The translations under genes were made by a program, and so were the position numbers. A model generated the notes under the pieces. That model was not told the DNA's origin, made no database searches, and worked only from the letters and a program-made list of their open reading frames with translations. From a candidate division FCPU426 bacterium (GTDB lineage Bacteria > Oederibacteriota > JAAXVQ01 > JAUVAV01), in assembly GCA_040756875.1 (NCBI GenBank), contig JBFLYH010000001.1:1052778-1116777 (forward strand): a stretch of 64,000 nucleotides of DNA, read 5' to 3'. Each line of letters starts with the position of its first letter. Positions within the stretch are counted from its first letter, which is position 1. Shown here piece by piece: positions 23,501 to 32,500 of this stretch.

Positions 23501-26500
23501 GTAGGCGAAGTAATCCACGATCGCCCGCATGGCCGCCTGCGCTTTCCACTGTTCGTTGGACAGCGGCTGGTTGCGGTCATTGCGGAAACCGGTCCAGCGT
23601 TTCACATCATCCAGTTGGCCGCGGATCACGTCCGGAATGTCCGCGAATTCGCGCTCCAGCCTCGGCGTGACCGGGAAGCTGCCTTGGAGGTCGCCGTTTT
23701 CCGACATTTTTTCGATTTCATAATCAAGCGAGTATTCGAGATTGTCCGCCTGTCGGCTTACAATCTTGCCGTCCGAACCAATGCTGACCTTCTCGTCCGG
23801 CCCGGCGACATAGTGTATACGGCCGTTCACAGTGACGGGCGCATTGATGCGAAGTCCGCTTTCCAGGTTGGGGAACAGCACGTCCACCTGCACGCGTTCG
23901 CCGGTGGGCTGCCCGCGGCTGACCAGGTTCAGGCTGCCCTCTTTGGAAAAAGCGCCGGCATCATTGATCGCGTTGAAAAAACCCGTGAAATAAATTTCCG
24001 AAGGCGCTCCGGAGCGCCGGCCGGCATTGCCTGACAGGCGGGCGCGCACTAGTTCGGTCACGGTCAGCGTGCCCTCGGATGGAACGGCGGTTTTTTCGGC
24101 CTCGACCACGGAAGGCAGGCGGCCGTCCAGCGCCCGCTGTTCCGGGTCCAGCGGCTTGTAATAATACCCGCGCTGCCGGACCAGGTTGATCTTCTGGATG
24201 CGGGCTTCCGTGGGAGCCACCGGCTCCGAATAGTAGATATTAGGCCTGGCTTCGCGTGACACGCCGGCCAGGGCGGCCAAAGGCTGGGAAAGTGCCGTGG
24301 TCAGGGACAGGGCCAGCAGGAACGCGGTCGCCAGCCATCCGGTCGACAGGCTCAGGCGCGGCCAGCGCCAGTGAAACGCCATCACCCTAGGCACGGCTTG
24401 ATTGACGATGAAGTGCGACAGGACCCCAGCGCCCAGCAGCAGGGGCAGCGACAGGCCTGACAGGCACAACCCTATATTCAGGAGGGACAACAAGCCGGCC
24501 AGCGCCAGGTTGAGCGGCGGCGCGCGACGGCCCTGCGAATCAGCGATGAAGTGCCCTCCCAAAAACGCCGGCCAGGCAGCCAGCATGGTCGCACGCAGAG
24601 CCAGGGAGATGTCTCCGGTTGCAGCCACGACCGGCAAACCAACCAGGAATCCGGCAAACGCCAGGGTCAGACTGTTCTCCAGCCAGAACGCCACCCAGCG
24701 GTCGTAGCGGCTGCTGCGCGCCTGGCGCGTGGCTTCGTCCGGGTTGCCCCGGTTGACGTACCATTCCTTCACGCGCGGCATGATGCCGCCCTGTCCGGAG
24801 TAGGGTTCCTTGACCACGACCGGCGCCTGGGCGAACGCGGCGTTGAATTTGGCCTGGTCCTTCACCACCAATGTCTCGCCCAGATACAGCGGTTCGAACT
24901 CCGGCGTCTTGCGGTCCACGATGGCGTATTGTTCCCGGATGGTGAGCGGGGCGTTACCGACCAGGTCGCGGGCCGCGGGATCCACGAAAAACAATTGGGC
25001 CCGGACCTTTTGCGTGCGGTCGGCTTCCGGAAGCATCCGGATCCAGGCATTGGGTCTGAGCGGCTTTTGCGGCCCGAAGCCGAATTCGCGGATGAGCATG
25101 CTCTGCAGCATGGGATTTTCCAGCTTCGGATGGGTTTGACGCACCTCGGGATACAGGTGGAAAAAGAGGTTGAGTAAGGGGCGCAAGAGATTCATGTCGC
25201 GCAAGCCGGTCAGTTCCTCAATCAGCAAACCCCGCAACCCCAGAAGGCCTCCCACCTCCGGTTCGCGCAGGGCATAGACGAAAATATCGGGCACGCCGGT
25301 CCACTCGTCCCATTTGCCGCCCATGCCGTAGTAATTGAGCATATATCCCTGTCTGGCCCCCTGCCGCAGGGGCTGGTACTCAAAAACCAGACGCTCGGCT
25401 CGGCTGTGGATGGCCACTTCCAGGCGGTCAATGACTACTGCCCGCCCGGCAATCAGGCCCGGCTGGACAGTCATTTCGGGCACGACAAACATATTGGGCG
25501 CCAGGGCGTCCTCGTACAAGCGCTGGGTGAACGCCGGCAGAATCAATCCGCTGATGGAGCGGCCTTCGGAAGCAAAATCTTCCTCGTCGATCTGGACGCC
25601 TTCCAGGTGCTTGCCGCTGTGCAAGCGCTCCACCTGGATCCCGAATTGCTCCTCCCATTGCCGTAACTGCTCCGGCGCCGGCAGTTCGTCCGCCGTCACG
25701 CCGATGCGGATCGGTTCCTCCGGATCCACGGTGAGCAATTCTCCCCGGCCCCAGGCGCCGATCAAATACAATCCCGGGAATCCGGGGCCGTAGAACTCCA
25801 GCAGTTCCCTGATCACCTTCAGAAAACCGCTTTGAGCCGCCTGCAAACGGTCCATCACACGTTCCGGAATGGGCGTATAGCGGTCAGCCTCGGGCAAACC
25901 GGCCGCCACCGCGGCCTGCGGGGTGAGGGGCACCAATTCCCCCTGCTGTTTTTGGAACACGCGGTAGAAATTATTCTGGCCGGCAATGGTGTTGCTGACT
26001 TCAATATAGAATCCGCCTTCGCGCAGATTGGCCGCGATTTGCTGCCGCGCCCGCTCCCAAACCTCGGGCGAAAAATGGATCGCCACGTTGGCGGCGCGGA
26101 TCACGTCCACCGGCGTGGGCAGCTTGAAGTCCATGACATCGCCCTGGAACAGGCGCAAGCCCGCCTGGAGATATTTGGGATTCTGCCAGGGATTCCAAAT
26201 GCCTTCCGCCCGGTCCAGGGCATACGCCTGCCCCTTGCCCGGCTGAGCCCGGCTGTAGGTTTCCAGGGTTTTAAAGCGCCGGCGGAATTCAGCAGCCAGG
26301 CTTTTCCAACGGGCAATAAAGCTGGCGCCCACGGTGCGGCCGCTGCGGGTCATCAAACTGATGATATTGCCCTGGCTGTCGAATATGGCCTGGACTTCCT
26401 CGCGGTCGCCGCGAACCACGGCCAGGGGCAGGTTTTTGTCCATGCCCAGGAAATCCACCTGCGGGGCGGCCGTGCTTTCCCGGTCCAGCTGCCGCCGCAC

Positions 26501-29500
26501 ATTGCCGGCGGTGAGCCACAAGGCATCAGGGTCCGCGCTCACGCCCACTTCCAGAAACCGCAACCCGGCGCCGGGCCGTGCGCGGCCCGCGGCGCGGAGC
26601 GCCGAAGCGACCAAGGCGTCCGACTTGTCCAGCCGGTAGGGCGCCGTGTTCATGAATTCGAACAAATTGCCCTTGAACGCAAACGCCCGGGCTTCGGCCG
26701 GGCTGTAGAGCCTGGGTTTGGCCCAGGCTAGAAGGTCGAACTCGAATTTCTGGCGGAGGTGGTTCAGGGTCAGGCTGCCGTTGAGAACGCCTTCGGCAAA
26801 GGCCCCGGCCGCGGCCTCGGGCAAGGCGGGCAGCATGGGAAAAATGTCGTGGTGCAGGTCCCTGATTTGCGCCGTCAGGCGCATGATTTCTTCCGCGGCC
26901 GCTTCCTCGAATTCCGCGAGCGCGCCCAGGAGCAGCGCGCGTTCCTCGGGGGACAGGATCGCTTCCGCGGGGATATTCTCCCGCTCCCGGGCTGCGGGCC
27001 GCGTGGCAGCCAGCCACCGGCTCAGGGCTTCCTGCTGGTCATTGCCCAGCAGGCGCCCGACGAATCCCACTGCCTCGGAGGTCAGGTTGCCCAGCTGCGC
27101 GACCCGTTCCCGCTTGCCCGCGCCGCGCAGGAAGCGGTGATCCACAGCCGGATCGCCGAGGGATTCGCCCAGCTCGTGCGCCAGCGCGGCGTCGAACACC
27201 CCGTCCTGGCTGAACAGTCCCTGGTCGAGCAGCACGGTCCCGGCCGCGGCCATGCCGCGGAAAACGGCATCCGGCGGGCCGCGCCGGACCTCCACCCGGG
27301 TCATGATGTAAAAACCGCCGAACGTTTGGTCCAGGTCCACCGGCTGGCCGGTCGTCTGCATCAGCGTACGGGCCTGCGCCAGCATCGCGGCCAGCACTTT
27401 TTTATCCTGGCCGAACCAACGGGCGCGGGAGGCTGAAATTCCATCCAGTTTTTGCAGCGCCTGTTCGATCCGCGCCATCTCCCGCGCGCTTGGTTCGCGC
27501 AACGTCACGATGAATTCCAGTTCCTGGCTGCGGTCGACCTGGCCCTGGGCGTCGATGGGATGGGCCTTGACGCGGATTTGCGGCAGGGACAGGACTTTGA
27601 GCACGGTTTCGTCCGTGCTGGCAATGCCCTGCAGCAGGTCCGCTTCGGCCTGGGTGAAGGTGGCGGCCCGGGGCGAGAGCACGGTGGCTTCGGTGATTTC
27701 GAATTTGCCCATGGCCCCGCCGGTCTCGTCCGGGTCCAGGAGCGAGCGGCCGTGCGCGCGGAGCTTGTACCGTTGGGCCGAGGTGCTGAGGACCTCGCCG
27801 TCCGCGGGCGTGTTGAAGTAATCGGTTACGTCCACGTCGCCCCAGCCCATGGCCTGGAACACGCGGGTCGAGGCGGCGATCAGGCTGCGGATCATCCCGT
27901 TATATTCCTCCGCCGGGCGCTCATGCCCTTCCAACCAGTAGAAGTTGAAGTCATAAGAGACGAGCGAGCTTAAATCCACGAAGAAATCGTACACCGTTTC
28001 GTGCAGCTGCGCGGCCGTGTATTCGCCGGCCTGGATGGCCTGTGCGGCCTTGGCCAGTTCGGCGTACTGCTGACCCACCGTGGAGTACAGCGAAGGCGCG
28101 GTGGCGCGCAGGCGGGTGTAAAACCCGAACATCCCCTCCAGGGCCTCCCGGACTGCTTTCATTTCCGCCTGGACCGTTTCGACCGGCGCCGCGCGCTCCT
28201 GCGCGCCCGGCGCATGCTGGGCCAGGCTCTTGTACATCCGCGGCGTTCGGTCGCGCGACTCCACGTATTGCAGGCAGCGGGACATGATCCGTTTGTTGGC
28301 GGCGCTCATCAAAGCGGCGTGCAGCAGGATCTGGTTGGAGACCGTTTGGTAGAGTTCCAGGTCCGGCACCATGCCGCCGGACATGAAAGTAATATGATGG
28401 TAGCCGGCCATGCCGAAGAGGTATTGCCGCACCGAATCTTCCAGGCGCTGCAGGCGCACCAGCAGGTCATTGGCCTGGCGGGGGTTCATGCCTTTGGGCG
28501 CTTTGGGGACGCTTTGCAGTATTTTCTGGAATTCGTTGACCAAGGGCAGGTAATCGGTCTGCCGCAAGGGGACGGCCTGGGGCTTGCGTTTCATCAGCTT
28601 GGCCACGCGCTGGATCTGCAGGCGCATGTCCTTCAGCAGGTTCAGCTGCTGATTGTACCTTCCCACGCGTTCCTGGTCCCGCAGGGCCTGCGTGAGCGGA
28701 TGCTCGTTCAGGCGCCGGGTTTCGCCCCCGATCACCGCGCGCAAATCGTCCGCGAACTGCCGCGCGGCTTCGGCCTCCCGGGCTTCGGCTTCGCGCTTGC
28801 GCGCCTGTTCCTCGGCTTGGGCCGAACGGCCGGCCTCGGGCTTTTGCGCTTCGGGTTCCTTGCCGGCCTGTTCCTCCGCGGGCTTGGCCTGGCGGGCCTC
28901 GCGCCAGGAAGCCTGCAGCTGGATCAGGTCCGAGGCGGAGATGAACCACTGGGTTTCATCCGGCGCGACGACGGAGTGGACGAATGTCAGGGGCAGGTTC
29001 CAGACTGCCAGGCGCAGCTCGCCGCTGACCAGGGCCTGCCGCACATCCTCCGGGGTGAGCGGCATGGCCGAGGACTGCATGCGGCGCAGGAAGGTTTTGG
29101 ATTTAACCTGCAAGGTCAGCGTGCGTTTGCCGCTGAACGTGAAGGGTTCGGCCGCGGTCACCGCGATCTCCGCGTACATCTGCCAGGCTTGAGGCGCCTG
29201 CACTTCCCCGGCCTGGGACAGTTCGCGGAGCAAAACCGCGTCGTGGTTTGCAGGTAGGGCCTGTTCTCGGGCCGACTCCTGCGGCGACAGGCCCAGGGCT
29301 TCCAAGGCTTCGGCCTGTTCGGGCGTGGAGGCTGCCAGGTTCATCTGTGCTCGCACGCCATAAAACCGGGCAATCCGCTGCGCCTCGGCTAAATATTCGA
29401 GAATGCCGTCCTCGGTCGCCCGGGAATCAAAGGTGTGTTCGACGATCCAGACGCCCCGCTTCCACGCTTCCAGCCACTCGGTCAGCCCGTCCTGGGCGTC

Positions 29501-32500
29501 CAGGCCGAACTCCCGGCCCACGAACCCGGCCTGTTCGGATGAGGGAACCGTGGCCAGGTCCAGGCGCTCCGTTTTGCCGGCGCCGCGCAGGAAACGGTGG
29601 TCCACCGCGGGATCAGGCAGCGATTCGCCCAGTTCGTGCAGCAGGGCCGCGGCCAGGGGCTGCCGCGTCGAGAACAGGCCGGCGTGCAGCAGCGCGGCTT
29701 CCGGGAAACCCAGGCCGCCGATCACGAAATCCTGCGGGCCGCGCACCACCTCGGTTCTGGTGATGGCGAACAATCCCTGGAAAGGCGCGGTTCCGCGCGC
29801 GGCTTTCAAGGCGTCCCACTGTTCCAGGAGGGACGCCAGCACGCGCCGGTCGGTCTGGTCCAGGTCCTTCCGGGCGGCGCGCGCTTGACGCGCTTCGGCC
29901 AGCCCTGCGTTCGCCAGTTCCAGTTCGGGATCTGACAGGGGCCGCACGGTCAGGATCAGTTCCACAGTTTCGGTCTCAATCGGGCGGCCTTCGGCATCCA
30001 GGGGATGGCCGGTCACCAGCAATTTGGTTTCAGCCGCTTCCGGCGGTTGGGCCTGCTCCTGTCCGGTCTTGGCCACGGACAGAGGGGCGGTCAGCAGCAT
30101 GCGCGCATCCGTGATTTGCAGCCTGCCCATGGCCGAGGGTTTGTCCAGGCGCTTGACTTCAGGGCCGCTGAACACCGCCTCCAAGGCCCGGCGCGCCGGA
30201 ACCTGCAGCGGCTCGGCGCTTTCGGCCACCAGCAGCGCCTGGCGGATGCCCGCGTTGACGGCCAAGGGACCCAGGGCGGCCACGGTTTCCAGGGCCTGGA
30301 CCCGGGCCTCGTCCGAGCCGCTGGAAATCAGTCCCGCCAGGCCGGCGAGCACGCGCTCCTGCAGCTCCCTCCGGTTCCTGAATTCCTCCAGCGCCTGTTG
30401 CCGGGTCTCGGGCGCGAGCAACTGCCTGATCAGTCCGGCTTCATCCGATATTGTCAGCCGGTCCGTGGCCGGCTGCTCTTCCTGCCCGTCTGGCCGGTTT
30501 TTCTTTTGCTGGTCGCGGTTGGGATCGCGGTCCGGGGAGACCCGTTCGACCGGCCCCACGGGCGGAATGATCGCGGCCGCGAACGCCCAGTTCCACCATT
30601 CGCCGGCCGCGCCGGTCAGCGTGGTTTCGGGCGAGAACGCGCGGACCGCCAGCAGCACCGCGATCGCCAGCCAGCCCGCGTAATCGAAGCCGGTCCAGCG
30701 CACACGCGCCGGAACCCGCGCCAGCAGGGTTTGCATCCGCTGTCCCCAGGCGGCCAGGACCGAGACAGCGGAGCGCAGGCGGGCGAACCAGTCCCGGCCT
30801 TGCAGGCCCGCGGTCACGGCCGTCCACTGTTCCTGGCCGTAGAAAGTCATTTCGAACTGCCGCAACGGAAGGGTTTGCAGGGGCTCGGGCCCCAGGCGGC
30901 GGTTGAGGCCGACCGGGCCGACCACCGCGAAAAACCCGGGCGAGAACGGCACGGCCAGGGCGTTGGGCGTGACCAGGGCCCGGCTGAAATCCGGCGCGAT
31001 CCCGCTCGAATTGGAACGGTACGTTGCCAGGGTGGCCGCGTAGCGCGCCGTGAGGGCTTCCAGTCCGGAGGCGCCCTGCTGCCGGGCGTATTGCAGGTAG
31101 GCGAGTTTGAGCGACGCATCCAGCAGGCGGTAGCCGATGCGCAGGTCCTCGGGCAGCTGCGCGTCGTCCAGCACGGACTGGGTGTCGTCGGCTTCCGCGA
31201 AGAACGGCGCCAGGGCCAGGATGTTCTGGTTCTGGGCCAGGAGTTTTTCCAGGGGCGTGCGCTGTTTGCGCAGCAGCGAATAATACGGGTTCACCACGTC
31301 GACCTGGCTCAACTTGGGCTTGAGGGAGAGATAGGACAGGTTGCGCAGGCGCAGGAGGTCCAGGACGTGCTGAGTGTGGTAGCCGCCGCTGATCAGGACT
31401 GCGATGGAGGCATGTTCCCGGTCCATGCGCGCCAGCAGGTTGCGCACGAAGTCCTGGCTGCGCACGTCGGCGTTGGCGTAGAACTCCTCCACCTTTTTCA
31501 GGTAATTTTCCAGCTCATAGACCGCGGGCTCCAGGGTTAGCTCGCCGTCCGGGTCGTGGTGCCGGATGAAAGTCTGGAAAGTGTCCACCTTGAACAGGTA
31601 CGGCTGGCTGCGGTATTCGGCGAACTCCCGGCTCGACACCGCGATGCTCAGCATTTTCTCCATGATGTCCAGGCGGTGGATGAGCTCGTCCAGGGACTGC
31701 TGGTCCGCGTGGGTGTACATGCCCGCGCGCAGGCGGGCGTCCAGCGCCTCAAGCTGCTGGTAGAGGATTTCGGGATCGAACGCCGGGCCGGCGGTTTCGC
31801 CTTTACCGGCGGCGAAGGCGGCCAGCTGCGGATACTCGGACAACGGCAGGCCTTGGCGGTTGGCCGCGTCCAGGAGCGTGCGGCTGTAGCGGTAGAGCGA
31901 GCGTTCGCCTTTGCGGAACGCCGTGGTTTCGGCGTCGAAACCCAGCAGCGCCTGGGTGTACACCCGCGGCTTGAGCCGGTCCAGGACCTCGCGGATGTCC
32001 CACACGTAGCCCTGGCTCTCGTGGGTCAGGAACGACATGACGCACTCGCGGCCTTCGCGGTAATGCTCCGCCTCTTCAATGCCCACGAGGTTGACTGGCT
32101 GTTCACCCGCGGCCGCGGCCAGTTCGGCCCCGGAAATTTTCCCCAGCCGGACAAAATGGTCGCCGACTTCCTGTTTGACCTTTTCCACCGGGAAGGTCGA
32201 CAGTTTGGTGACATTCACCGGACGGCTGGCCCCTTCGATAGCCACAAGCTTCAGGCCGTGGCGTTTGGCCAGGTATTCGATGCAGGCCGCGATGTTTTTT
32301 TGCACTTCGTAATTGCAATGCAGGTCCTGGATGTGGATGACCAGCCGGTCTTCGCCCTGGAAAGCGTGCGCGATGGTGGCGAGTTTTTCGGGGATTTCCA
32401 CGGGTTGGTCATGATAGCGGATCAAGGCCGGTTGGGTCTGATAGGTCTGGGTTTCGAAAGCCCAGGCCAGCGCCGGCATCAGGAAAGCCAGGGATAACAG

